DNA of 64,000 nucleotides from NCBI GenBank assembly GCA_963847445.1, contig CAWJZV010000041.1, positions 78,848-142,847 of the forward strand, in the 5' to 3' direction. This stretch comes from an uncultured delta proteobacterium. Lineage in GTDB: Bacteria; Desulfobacterota; Binatia; UBA9968. The notes under the pieces are model-generated. The model had not been told where the DNA came from. It made no database searches and saw nothing but the letters and a program-made list of their open reading frames with translations. The first letter of the stretch is position 1, and every line of letters starts with the position of its first letter. The translations under genes were made by a program, and so were the position numbers. Positions 28,782 to 38,791 of the stretch are shown in pieces.

Positions 28782-30802
28782 TTTTCTTTCCTGTCTTTTT
28801 GCCGGGTTTTTCCAGAGCTAGAGTCATTTGCTTGGTGTCTGGGGATTTCGCGCCGCGCTGTTGCCGCGGTTTGGTGGCGCGCGGCTTGGTCGTTGTTGGC
28901 CGCTGGCGATTTGCCCTTCGCCATTGAGGGCAGCGCCGGTTCTGCATCTGCGGCAGCGCTGTCCTCCGTCGACTCAGCCTCCGTCGGCGCCGCGCTTGGC
29001 AGTTCGGGTGCGTCGCCCTCGGTGCCTTCGTCGGTGACGATAATCGAATGCGGCAAGCCTTCCGGCCCGCCGCCATCGTGGCCGAGGATCTCGTCGGTCT
29101 TTTGTCCGCCGGTGCGCTTGGTGGCGATCTTCTGCAACTGTTCTTTGAGCTTTTCCTTGGCGAGCTTGCCGCCTTTCAGCCGGGCGCAGGCTTCGACGAC
29201 TTCCTCGATGTAGAGCTCGAAGATGTTGCGCCGGCGGAATTCATCCTTGGCCCGTTCCCGGCGGCGCAAGAAAACTCCCAGCCGCCGGCCGCACTCTTGC
29301 AAGGCGAGTTTGATTTCTTTTCTGATCTCGTCGTAGTCGGCGATGGCTTCTTTGGACTCGCTGGTGAACGGCACCCAGACCGACGCCATGTGCACGAAGA
29401 TCACCATCGGTCCGGCCGGCAGCGCGCCGCGCGACTGCGCCACGCCGTAGTTACGCCAAGTGGTGTCGAGGACCGATTTGAAAGTCGCGCAGGCGGACTG
29501 CTGGTAGAGCAGCGGCACGCGGTTGGCGTAGCGGATCACCGAGGCTAGCTCGTTGTCGTCGTCTCGGTCTTCGCCTTCGGCGAGCGGGATGTTTTGCTCT
29601 TTCACTTTTGCCGCTTGTTCGGGATTCTTGCCAAAGGCCAAGCCGGCTTCGATCACAAATGGATTGCCGCGATAGACCGCCGGCGGCCGGGTCACGGCGG
29701 TGTAAAATTCGCCTTTGATCTGTTTGTACAGTCCGTGGAGTATCGCCCGCTCGCCGATGGGCGAGATGCAGTTGCTCGGCGGCGCCATGATCTTGGTCGA
29801 CTGGATCGCCTTGTAAAACGTTTCGGCGGCGGCGCCGTGCAGGTCGCGCGGCTTGGCGTTTGGCGAAAGCTTGGCGGTCTTGCAAATGTCCTGCGCCAGA
29901 CTCGACGACACCCGGCTAAACTCGCTGGCGAGAAATCCCACCAGGGAGTGGCTCTTGGTGTCATGGAGCATCTTCAGCATCATGCCGAATTCTATGCCAT
30001 AGGGATGCGGCTTGATCTCGCGCGGCTGCGGCGGCAGCTCGTCAATGGTCCGCGGGTATTGTTTAATCTCGCCTTCCGGCGTGTGGTAGACGAGCTTGAC
30101 ATGGGGATTGGCGATGGCCGTTTGTTCCAGGTATTCGTCCACCGAGGCGCGGCCCTTTTGATAGCGCCCTTCGATTTCCAGACTGACCTGGGTGCCGCGG
30201 TGGTTTTCCCAGTCGATCTTTTTGTTCTCGAAAATTCGCGGCTCGTTTTTCTTGGTATCGATCTGCACTTCGAAATAGTGCGCCGGCGCCTTGGCGCTGG
30301 TGCGCGAAATGATCTGCACCGGCTTGCCGGTGGTGAGCTGGGCGTACATGCCGGCGGCGGAGATGCCGATGCCTTGCTGGCCGCGGCTCATGCGCAGGCG
30401 ATGAAACTTCGAGCCGTAGAGCAGCTTGGCGAAGATCGGCGGGATCTGCTGGCGCACGATGCCGGGACCATAGTCGATCACGGTGACGCGAAAGCGCGTC
30501 GCCTGGCTCGGCGCCGGCGTGACGCCATTGTTGGACACGACTTCGAGCTTGACGATGACTTCTGGCAAAATGCCCGCCTCTTCGCAGGCATCCAGCGCGT
30601 TGTCGACCGCTTCCTTGATACAGGTGAGCAGCGACTTGCGCGGACTGTCGAAACCCAACAGGTGGCGATTCTTGGTAAAAAACTCCGATACGGAAATTTC
30701 TCTCTGGCGCGCGCCCATCTCGGCGGCGGTGACGGCTTTTCTCGGTTCGGCCGGCGCCGCCGGTGTGGCTGCCGCTTCGGCCTTTGGCATGGGTTTAGAC
30801 AT
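28748..30802 (-). CDS. top6B: DNA topoisomerase VI subunit B
   Basis: EISVSEFF.KNRHLLGF, KEAVDNALDA, DYGPG, SRGQQGIG GHKL motifs, RYANRVPL, VPFTSESKEA. The low-complexity tail may truly end at 28756 in another frame. Confidence 0.95.
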   Translation of the reverse strand: MSKPMPKAEAAATPAAPAEPRKAVTAAEMGARQREISVSEFFTKNRHLLGFDSPRKSLLTCIKEAVDNALDACEEAGILPEVIVKLEVVSNNGVTPAPSQATRFRVTVIDYGPGIVRQQIPPIFAKLLYGSKFHRLRMSRGQQGIGISAAGMYAQLTTGKPVQIISRTSAKAPAHYFEVQIDTKKNEPRIFENKKIDWENHRGTQVSLEIEGRYQKGRASVDEYLEQTAIANPHVKLVYHTPEGEIKQYPRTIDELPPQPREIKPHPYGIEFGMMLKMLHDTKSHSLVGFLASEFSRVSSSLAQDICKTAKLSPNAKPRDLHGAAAETFYKAIQSTKIMAPPSNCISPIGERAILHGLYKQIKGEFYTAVTRPPAVYRGNPFVIEAGLAFGKNPEQAAKVKEQNIPLAEGEDRDDDNELASVIRYANRVPLLYQQSACATFKSVLDTTWRNYGVAQSRGALPAGPMVIFVHMASVWVPFTSESKEAIADYDEIRKEIKLALQECGRRLGVFLRRRERAKDEFRRRNIFELYIEEVVEACARLKGGKLAKEKLKEQLQKIATKRTGGQKTDEILGHDGGGPEGLPHSIIVTDEGTEGDAPELPSAAPTEAESTEDSAAADAEPALPSMAKGKSPAANNDQAARHQTAATARREIPRHQANDSSSGKTRQKDRKEKWRQKNQKITA

Positions 30803-31092
30803 CGTTAGTTCGTTTCTCCATGGATGAGTTCGGCGCTGGAGCTCAGTGATTAATCGGCAGCGTTGGGCGCCGCCCTAAACTCGTGTGACGCGATAATTGA
30901 ATGCAAAAGTGGATCAAACGCTCACGCTACGGAAGGTTGATGTTCGCCAACGATTATAGCAGAGCGGCAAAACTTGTGAATGGCTCGACGGAATATTTTT
31001 CCACAAATCAGGGCGAGATCCCGGTTAGGATTGATATCAGCTCCTGGATGCCGACATCCGTGCTCAGGACATGTTTCAGGAAAAGAGCCGAT

Positions 31093-31206
31093 CCGTCATT
31101 CCGGCGCAGGCCGGAATCCAGACCCATCATCCACCTGGATACCGTTTTTCAACGGTATGACGGACTCTGTCCGTCACCTGGATTCCCGTTTTCACGGGAA
31201 TGACGA
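31093..31206. repeat. Cluster of GTCATTCC/GGAATGAC-type hairpin repeats
   Basis: cgtcattccggcgcaggccggaatcca; 57 bp (31132-31188) identical to 57894-57950. Confidence 0.85.
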
Positions 31207-31269
31207 ATAAGAGTCAATGGACTTCGAGTCGACGCAATCGGAATCCTTCGGCTTCGAGCCAAGGGATGT

Positions 31270-32080
31270 TCAGTTAAAGAACGCGAAAGCGCGCACTTCG
31301 ATGCTTTGCCGCGCCGGCGCGCCGGCCGGGGTGTTGGGGTCGTCGAAGGATGTGTGCGGCGTGAAGCGGGCGCGGCCGTCGGTGTTGGAATCGTAGACTT
31401 TAAACACGAGCGCCTCGTCGCGGCGCATTTCGGGAAAGTAATACCAGCGATGATTGGCGTGGTATTTCAATCGATAAGTCTGCCCGACGCGGTGCGGGTA
31501 GCGGCGCTCGGCGACGACCAGATCTGCCATCGCGACGCTCTTGGCGTCGGCCAGCGCGAGGGGATTGGACTGGATCGGTTGATTGATCGCGCGCCAAACC
31601 TGGATGATTGCGAAGCGGCGGGTCAGTAAGTCCTCGGCTTCGTCCGGCAGGAACTCACGCACGCGGTTGGGTCCCGACCATTCCGTGTAGTCGTTATGCG
31701 CCGACATGACCGGTTCGCGGATCAATTTCGCCTCGCGCTCGGCTTCGTCGCCGGAACGCAGCGTGTGATCGAAGATCGCCACCCGAGACGCGCCCGATTG
31801 CTGTTTGATCAACTGCTCGACTTCCGGGTAGTAGACCGACTCCAATTGCGCGCGTGTCGAAGAAGTCGCCGACTTTGGTTTTGTGCTCGACCAGGACGAA
31901 GCCGTTTTGCTCGAGTGAAATCTCGCCGGCAAGCAAACGGCCATTGCGCACCGCCATCGGCATCAAGTCGTGGGTGCCGGTCTTGCGCCGCCGGATGTTA
32001 TTCGGACCGAAGGTTTCGTTGACGAGTTTTTCACCCGTGTCCACGGTATAGGGGATGCCGGCGGTCAGTTCTTGGATCAT
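31270..32080 (-). CDS. CmcJ/NvfI-family oxidoreductase (frameshift near 31855)
   Basis: YYPEVE, FDHTLR, AHNDYT, QVWR, RFTPH, RQSIEVR. Confidence 0.85.
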
Positions 32081-32121
32081 GACTGAAGCTCCTTGCCGAT
32101 TTAACTCACCATAGCACAAAC

Positions 32122-33123
32122 TTATTGTTTTAGCCGCCCTTCGTTTTTCAATTCCTGCTGCGCCTGTTTGAGAATCCGATCGTTGACGACCCGGTCGAGG
32201 GTGAATTTTTTGTCGACCAAGCCGGTGCGGTGGTCGTCGTCGAGCATGGTTTGAATGCCGTCCCAGGCCACCGACATATCGGCGGCGTAACCGGGGCTAA
32301 ACAGATCGTAAGAACGCTGGACGATTTCCGGGTCGCCCTGCAAGCCGGCTGCGAAGCCGATCTTGATCGCTTCCTGTTTGTTGAACTTGGCGAATTGCAT
32401 GCCGAGAATCAGCGCCTTTAAGAACCGCTTGGTCGTATCCGGGCTTTTCTCCAGCATCTCGCCGCGGCTGACGTAGACGCTCTGGGGCACGCGCAGGGCC
32501 TCATTGAAATTGGCGATCATGGCGAAGCCCTTGTCGAGCAGTTTGACGGTGTCTTCGGCGGAAAACGGCGCGGCGGCGATCAGTCCTTTTTCCAACGCGC
32601 TGGCGCGCACCACGGTTTGACCGATCGAGCGCAAGGTGACGTCTTTATCGGGTTCGAGATTGTTGCGTTTGAGATAGAGCCTAACGGTGAAATCGGAAAA
32701 GGACCCAGCGCCAGTGATGCCGACAATCTTGCCGCGCAGGTCTTCGATCCGTTTGATGTCTTTGTTGCCGATCAGCGTGTAGTTGGTGTAGTTCGACGTC
32801 GACGCGATGATGTTCATGTCAAGGCCGCGTGCTTTACTGCGGATCGCCGCCTGGGCGCCGCCGATGGTGGCGAAGTCGATGTTTCCCGACACCAGTGCCA
32901 TGACTGCGGTTGGGCCGCCACTGACGAAGATTTGCTCTACGGTGAGACCCTGATCGCGGAAGTAGCCGCGGTGATTGGCGACGCGGAAAGGCAGCTGCGC
33001 ATTCCACGCCAAGCTGACGAAGACGACACGGAGGTTTTTCTTTTCCTGGCCCGACGCGAGCTGGGCGGATAGGAGCGACAGGACCAATAGAACGGGTAGC
33101 ATTCTGCAACAGCGAGAGTACAT
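32122..33123 (-). CDS. ABC substrate-binding protein, NMT1/SsuA-like
   Basis: Signal peptide; GYFRDQGL, DLRGKIVG. Confidence 0.88.
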   Translation of the reverse strand: MYSRCCRMLPVLLVLSLLSAQLASGQEKKNLRVVFVSLAWNAQLPFRVANHRGYFRDQGLTVEQIFVSGGPTAVMALVSGNIDFATIGGAQAAIRSKARGLDMNIIASTSNYTNYTLIGNKDIKRIEDLRGKIVGITGAGSFSDFTVRLYLKRNNLEPDKDVTLRSIGQTVVRASALEKGLIAAAPFSAEDTVKLLDKGFAMIANFNEALRVPQSVYVSRGEMLEKSPDTTKRFLKALILGMQFAKFNKQEAIKIGFAAGLQGDPEIVQRSYDLFSPGYAADMSVAWDGIQTMLDDDHRTGLVDKKFTLDRVVNDRILKQAQQELKNEGRLKQ

Positions 33124-33137
33124 CGTTGCGCCCTGTG

Positions 33138-34106
33138 CTAGCGTTTGCGTTCCAACTCTTCTTTGACTTCCGCGGCGAGCTTCAGCGACAAAAACTTTTC
33201 CGGCGCGACATCTTCTTTGATTTTGAGCGGCGCTTTGACGTCGAACTCGATGACGTTCTTGATCCCTTGCGCCGACGGCACGCCGGGAATGCCGTCGGGC
33301 AAGGCGCGCACGAAGCGGCGGATGCCTTCGATGACGATGGGCCGGCTCGGGCTGCCCATGGGGATTTTCTTTATAGCGATGTCGGCGGCCTCTTCCGGCC
33401 GCTCGCGGATGAACATGAGGGCGCGCATCATGGCGCGCAGCCAGCGTTTGATATCGCCGGGCCGCTTGGCGATTTTCTCATCGCTGGCCATGAAGCCTTG
33501 AAACGGGTAGGGAAACAGGTCGCCTAAAAATGTCAGCGTGCGCAAGCCTTCTTTTTCAGCGATGAACGCTTCGTCGCCGTTGACCGTGGCGGCCTGGATC
33601 GCGCCCGATTTCAGTCCCAAAATGGTCGTGGTGGTCGAGCGCGACGGCATGGCGACGCGGATCAGATCGCGCGGCCCAACGCCGTTGCGTTCGGCGTAGG
33701 CTGTAATCAAAGCGTCCTGGGTGTCGCCGACGGTGCCGACCGCGACGCGCTTACCTTTGAGATCGGCACCCTTGGCGATCTCCGGCGCGGCGATCAAGTA
33801 CCAGGTCACTTTCTCGGTCTGGAACATCACCGCTTTGATCGGCGCGCCGCGCAGCGCCGCGCGCATGCCGGTGCCGCCGGCGCCGCTATAGTCGACCTCG
33901 CCGCTGACCAAGGCGGCGATGGCGCTGCTGCCGGGAATGACGATGGTTTCGTTTTCCAAATTCTCATCGCGAAAGTAGCCTTTGACCTCGGCCACCGGCA
34001 CGCTCAGATAGTTCAACGTGGCGCGCGGAATGACCGTACGCACACGCTCGGCATTAATATTAGTCGGTGCGAGAAGCGCAAAGGCCAAGACGATGGCTAG
34101 TTTCAT
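33138..34106 (-). CDS. ABC substrate-binding protein, NMT1/SsuA-like (close paralog of 15706-16695)
   Basis: Shares LNYLSV, FQTEK.TWYL, PFQG, KRWLRA and GIPGVPSA with 15706-16695. Confidence 0.88.
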   Translation of the reverse strand: MKLAIVLAFALLAPTNINAERVRTVIPRATLNYLSVPVAEVKGYFRDENLENETIVIPGSSAIAALVSGEVDYSGAGGTGMRAALRGAPIKAVMFQTEKVTWYLIAAPEIAKGADLKGKRVAVGTVGDTQDALITAYAERNGVGPRDLIRVAMPSRSTTTTILGLKSGAIQAATVNGDEAFIAEKEGLRTLTFLGDLFPYPFQGFMASDEKIAKRPGDIKRWLRAMMRALMFIRERPEEAADIAIKKIPMGSPSRPIVIEGIRRFVRALPDGIPGVPSAQGIKNVIEFDVKAPLKIKEDVAPEKFLSLKLAAEVKEELERKR

Positions 34107-34116
34107 GGTATTGCCC

Positions 34117-35085
34117 TCAGCGCGCCATTTCGCGCCGGACCTCTTCGAGGACGCGGAAGTCGACGATCTTGTTCAACGCGATGTCGCCGATGCTTTTGTC
34201 GGAGTTCTGGATCAGTTTGATATGGACCTTCAGGCCGGCGTCGGACGAGGCGCCGTCGCGGCTGGCGGCCTTCATGATCGATTGATAGGAGTCGCGTGCC
34301 GTCGCCGCATCGAGCTTCCATTCGCGCTCGACGATCTTGATCGACTCTTCAGGATTGTCCCGGGAGAACAGCAGGCCGCGGTAAAAGGCGCGCAGCAGCC
34401 GCTTCACTTGATCGCGATTCTCAGTCAGCCGGCGCTCGGTGGTGGTAAAGCCGTTACTGGGAAACTCAATGGCGTCGCCAAGAAACAGCAACTCGCGAAA
34501 GCCTTTTTGCTTGAGCATGGAGTTGTCCGGCGGATTGGCGATGTTGGCGTCCACCGAGCCGGCGATGAGCGCGGCGTTGCGCGTGTTGCCCAGGCCGATC
34601 ATGATCAAGACGACATCTTTTTGCGGATCGAGGCCGTTGGCTTGGAGCGCGACTCGAGCGGCTAAATCGGTGGTGCCGCCGAAACGGCTGACGGCGACTA
34701 ATTTGCCGCGCAGCTCGCTGACCGATTTGATGGCGGGCTTGGACATGACGAAATAATTCGGCAGCCGGGCGCTGAAAAAGATCGATTTCAACGGCGCGCC
34801 TTTGGCCGCCAGGCGCAGCGCCGAGTCGGCGACGCCATGGTATTCGACCTCGCCGCTCAGCAGCGCGTTGTGAGCGATGTTAGGCAGCAGCGCCGGCAGT
34901 TCGAGTTCGATGTTTTCGTCTTTGAGGAAACCGCGGTGCAGGGCGATGAACATGGGCAGATAACCCATGGAGCGCGACGGCAGCGCGAGACGGACTTTTT
35001 CCGCCGCAGCAAAGTTTGTTGCGGCCAGGAGGGTTAGCATCAGGGTAAGGACTACGCTCAAGCCGTAGAGAAATTTGCGGGTCAT
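34117..35085 (-). CDS. ABC substrate-binding protein, NMT1/SsuA-like
   Basis: Signal peptide; GFLKDENIE, ELRGKLVAVSRFGG. Confidence 0.88.
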   Translation of the reverse strand: MTRKFLYGLSVVLTLMLTLLAATNFAAAEKVRLALPSRSMGYLPMFIALHRGFLKDENIELELPALLPNIAHNALLSGEVEYHGVADSALRLAAKGAPLKSIFFSARLPNYFVMSKPAIKSVSELRGKLVAVSRFGGTTDLAARVALQANGLDPQKDVVLIMIGLGNTRNAALIAGSVDANIANPPDNSMLKQKGFRELLFLGDAIEFPSNGFTTTERRLTENRDQVKRLLRAFYRGLLFSRDNPEESIKIVEREWKLDAATARDSYQSIMKAASRDGASSDAGLKVHIKLIQNSDKSIGDIALNKIVDFRVLEEVRREMAR

Positions 35086-35236
35086 GATCTGCTTCCGTGT
35101 CCGGCGACGAATTTGCGCTAGTATAACCAGAACTTGCGATGAAGCAACTCAGTTCACCGTGGAATTTGCCATGGAAATCCGCCACCGCCGAGATTAAAAT
35201 ACGACGATAAGCCGAGATCCGAGTGGAGGACTAAAT

Positions 35237-36223
35237 ATGACATTGGGGCGTGTGTTGGTCGAGGAGTTTCAGCCGGAAGTTTTGCAATGGTTGCGCGAGC
35301 GGGTTGACCTGGTGGTGGTCAATCCTTGGGTCGAGCCGCAGCGCTGGGATATCGAAGTGGCGCGCGTCGACGCGGTGATCAGCCGTAAGGGGCAAATCAC
35401 CCGGGAGCATATGGAAAAGGGCGGCGGGCGTTTGAAAATCATCGCTCGCACCGGCGTCGGCGTCGATCCGTCGCGGGTCGACTTGGAGGCGGCCAAGGAA
35501 CTCAAAGTTTGGGTGACCAACCAGCCCGGCAGCAACGCCGTCTCGGTCGCCGAGTTGGTGTTCGGCCAGATGATCGCGCTGGTGCGCCACACCCATGCGG
35601 CCGACCGCGCGGTCAAAGATAATCGCTGGAGCGATTATCTAAAATTCATCGGCACCGAGCTCGCCGGCAAATCTCTCGGCATCGTCGGCATGGGCAACAT
35701 CGGCGCGCGCATGGCGATCCGGGCGCGCGCTTTTGAGATGGCTTTTCTCGTCTACGATCCTTATATCCCCGAGTCCCATGTGACCGCGCTGGGCGGCAAG
35801 TGGGTTGGCCTCAACGACCTTCTGTCGGACGCCGATTTCGTGACGATCCACTGCCCGCTCAATCGTGAAACTCGCGGCATGGTCGGCGCCAAAGAATTGG
35901 CGTTGCTGAAGCCCTCGGCATTTCTCATCAATATGGCGCGCGGCGGCATCGTCGATGAAGTAGCGCTGTGCCAGACCTTGCAGCAGGGCAAGATCGCCGG
36001 TGCGGCATTGGACGTGATCGCCGCCGAGCCGCCGGCCAAGGACCATCCGTTGTTCAAGCTCGACAATGTTCTGTGGACGCCGCATTTGGGCGCGGTGACG
36101 CTGGAAGCTTCCGAGCGCGGCGAATGGGGCGCGGCTGAAGAAGTCATTCGCGTGCTCGAAAGCAAACGGCCGAAGAATCCGGTGGTGGACGCGGATGAAG
36201 CGCGATTGCTATTGCCGGCGTAA
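35237..36223 (+). CDS. D-2-hydroxyacid dehydrogenase (SerA-like, no ACT domain)
   Basis: GIVGMGNIG, HCPL, INMARG, TPHLG. Confidence 0.9.
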   Translation: MTLGRVLVEEFQPEVLQWLRERVDLVVVNPWVEPQRWDIEVARVDAVISRKGQITREHMEKGGGRLKIIARTGVGVDPSRVDLEAAKELKVWVTNQPGSNAVSVAELVFGQMIALVRHTHAADRAVKDNRWSDYLKFIGTELAGKSLGIVGMGNIGARMAIRARAFEMAFLVYDPYIPESHVTALGGKWVGLNDLLSDADFVTIHCPLNRETRGMVGAKELALLKPSAFLINMARGGIVDEVALCQTLQQGKIAGAALDVIAAEPPAKDHPLFKLDNVLWTPHLGAVTLEASERGEWGAAEEVIRVLESKRPKNPVVDADEARLLLPA

Positions 36224-36295
36224 ACAAGAACGTAAGGGGTAAGTAGCGTCAGAATGGCGAGTCCGGACGCCTCGCCTAACTTGCCCCTTACTGTC

Positions 36296-37366
36296 TTACC
36301 TCTTCAGAGCTTTTTCCAGTCGTGTTTTGATCGCCGGCGGCATGGCGAGGAAGTCGCGGACGATTTTATAAATCGACTCGGCGAAGATCGGGGTGATTTC
36401 CAGCTTGCCTTTTTCCGCCTCAGCTAAGAACGATTTGTCGGTGAGAGTCTTAGCAAAGGCCGCTTCCAAGGCCGCGGCGCGGTCGGCGGGCACGCCCGGC
36501 GGCACCATATACACTTTGCCGAACTGATTGGGCGCGCTGGTGCCGTAGCGCAATAACAGTCGCTGGTTTTCGTCTTTGGTTAGTTCAGGGATAGTCGGAA
36601 TACTATTCGCAGGCAGATCGGCCAACGGTTGATCGGCGAGCTGGGCGATGACCGACCAGTCGCGGTTTTTGAATTTATCCAGTGAACTCGGTTTGACCGT
36701 GCTCCAGGGATTGAAAAAACCGCCGATCTCACCGGAGTCGATGGCCAAGCGGATATCGGCGCTGCCTTTGTAGCCTGAAACGACTTTCAGATTTGCCTCC
36801 AATGCCTCGCGCAACAGGATCGGCGCGTGTTCCAGGGTCGAGTTGGGGATAGCGCCCAGGGTCAGCTGCTTGGCATTGCTTCCAACCAAGTCGGTGAATT
36901 TAGCTATGCCCGACTGGCGCGCGACGATCATGACATAAGTTTCGTTCACCGGCACGGCTAGATAGCGGAACTTGGCCATGTCGAAATGAACGCCTGGATT
37001 GGCGAAGAGTTGTTCCAAGATCACCGCGCCGTTGAGCATGCCGATCTCGCTACCGTCCCTGGCGCCGCTATTGAATATATAATTGCCGGCGATGATGCTG
37101 CCGGCGCCGGGCATGTTGGCCACGGCGAGGGTGGGGTTGCCGGGGATAAAGCGGCCGAGGTGGCGCGCGATCAATCGCGAATATACGTCGGCGCCGCCGC
37201 CAGGGGGAAAGCCGACGACGATCCGGACGACCTTACCGCGGTAGAAGTTAGCCACGGTCTGCTCGTCGAACTTTTGCGGCTTCGCTAGAGCCGCGCCGAG
37301 GGATTCTCCGTGGGCGGAAAAATTTATCAGGAACAGCGCGGCGATAAGGAACAAGAACCTACGCAT
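36296..37366 (-). CDS. Bug/TctC tripartite tricarboxylate transporter substrate-binding protein
   Basis: FYRGK, GFPPGGGAD, NMPGAG, GYKG, PPGVP. Confidence 0.88.
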   Translation of the reverse strand: MRRFLFLIAALFLINFSAHGESLGAALAKPQKFDEQTVANFYRGKVVRIVVGFPPGGGADVYSRLIARHLGRFIPGNPTLAVANMPGAGSIIAGNYIFNSGARDGSEIGMLNGAVILEQLFANPGVHFDMAKFRYLAVPVNETYVMIVARQSGIAKFTDLVGSNAKQLTLGAIPNSTLEHAPILLREALEANLKVVSGYKGSADIRLAIDSGEIGGFFNPWSTVKPSSLDKFKNRDWSVIAQLADQPLADLPANSIPTIPELTKDENQRLLLRYGTSAPNQFGKVYMVPPGVPADRAAALEAAFAKTLTDKSFLAEAEKGKLEITPIFAESIYKIVRDFLAMPPAIKTRLEKALKR

Positions 37367-37432
37367 GAGGGGCAGCTGCAACGATTTGCGGTCGAACGAA
37401 TGACGCGGATCGAACTGACCAACGCGACGACG

Positions 37433-38143
37433 CTAGCGCAGCTTGGCCGTGCTGACGTGGACTCTACCATCGCTCTGCAACTTGACGACGTTGACAGTGC
37501 CGGTGTACTCGGGCGAGCCGGAGTAGTGGGCGGTCACATCGCCGTTGCCCACCGCAATGGACTGATTCCAGTGGCCGAGGGCGACATAATCGGCGCTGGT
37601 GGCGAGCAGTTCCTCGCGATGGATCAGCCAGGAGCCGATCATTCGATTGGGATCGCGCGCTTCGTCGACATAGTGACCATGGGCGGCGACGAGCTGCCAG
37701 CGGGTGCTGCGCGGCTGGGGATTAGCCAGCGGCGACATGTCGGTGTAGTCGACGTGGGCGTGGCCCCAGATCTCCAGATCGAACTCCGGGAACATGATGG
37801 ACTTGCCGCAGTTCAAGCCGAGAATATTGACGTTGGCAACGTCGGCCAGGCCGCCGCGCCGATAGACAGAGTCGGGAGTCAGCGGGTCATGGTTACCCGG
37901 CAGGATCACCACGCGCTTGCCGTAGTCGCGCAAGATTCCCGCCGCGCGCTCAAGCAGGTCGACAGGTTGGCGGTGATTGTCGAAAGAGTCGCCGGCGAGC
38001 AGGACGATGTCGGCATCGACCTCGTTGGCCGCGGCCAACACCTGCGGCAACACCGCTAAACGGTCTTTTTCACTGAAGCTATCGTCGGTGCCGAGGTGCA
38101 GATCCGAGCTATGAACTATAGTCACTTCTGGGTGCGTAGCCAT
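37433..38143 (-). CDS. Metallophosphoesterase, SbcD/Mre11-like nuclease domain only
   Basis: SDLHLG, AGDSFD, PGNHD, AHG, YVALGHW, YSGSPE. Confidence 0.85.
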   Translation of the reverse strand: MATHPEVTIVHSSDLHLGTDDSFSEKDRLAVLPQVLAAANEVDADIVLLAGDSFDNHRQPVDLLERAAGILRDYGKRVVILPGNHDPLTPDSVYRRGGLADVANVNILGLNCGKSIMFPEFDLEIWGHAHVDYTDMSPLANPQPRSTRWQLVAAHGHYVDEARDPNRMIGSWLIHREELLATSADYVALGHWNQSIAVGNGDVTAHYSGSPEYTGTVNVVKLQSDGRVHVSTAKLR

Positions 38144-38239
38144 TTTTAGCCGTCCGGTTGCGAGAATATAGAAAACCGTAACAAAAGCGCCGGGAAAAGA
38201 AAAGCCAGCGGTAGAAATGAAGATAGTGGGTCATTGGCC

Positions 38240-38277
38240 AAAAAAAAGAGCAAGGCGGAGAGGGCCACCTTGCTCTT
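38240..38277 (-). terminator. Rho-independent terminator
   Basis: Minus strand AAGAGCAAGG-loop-CCTTGCTCTT followed by a T-tract, just after the stop at 38298. Confidence 0.8.
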
Positions 38278-38297
38278 CAGTCAATCTAGTAGAAAGA

Positions 38298-38566
38298 TTA
38301 CTTGCTGGCTTTCTTCTCGTCGCTCTTCGCGTCCGCTTTGGCGTCCTTGGCTTTTTCACTGGCCTTCGCGTCGCCTTTAGCTTCGCCCTTGGCCTTCTCG
38401 CCGCCCTTGGCCGGCTCGGCCTTGCTCTCACCCTTGGTGTCGCCGGCTTTCGCCTTGGCATCGGCCTTGGCTGGCTCAGCCTTCTTCTCTTCCTTACGGC
38501 ATCGGCCGCAAATGCGGCAGAAGCTAAAAACATCGAAGTAACAAATACGCTCAAAAATCTTTTCAC
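38298..38566 (-). CDS. Small exported Lys/Ala/Glu-rich low-complexity protein (indel near 38494)
   Basis: GGGGAA RBS-like motif, GTG start; MKRFLSVFVTSMFLASAAFA signal peptide, then after the indel KEEKKAEPAKADAKAK...KSDEKKASK*. Confidence 0.7.
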
Positions 38567-38791
38567 TAGTGATTCCCCCTTAAAATATTTGTGGTTGCTA
38601 TTTGAACAAAGCGTTGGGGTATCGCCCTCCACTCGACCTAATTTCAACGCATTCGTTCTGGTGACTTGGACGTGTGCTAGCAGCTTTCCATTCACGCTGG
38701 ATGAGTTTATATATGAATCGGCCTCAATTGCTCAAGCTTAATCACGATCGCGTATGCGCGCTAAGTTTTTGAAATTTAGGAGGTTCTTGCG

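Noticed and set aside
27651-30808. Long plus-strand ORFs (520 aa and 404 aa; likewise 6248-7477 and 49588-50580)
   Set aside because: These are antisense shadows of real minus-strand genes in GC-rich DNA, with no recognisable motifs.
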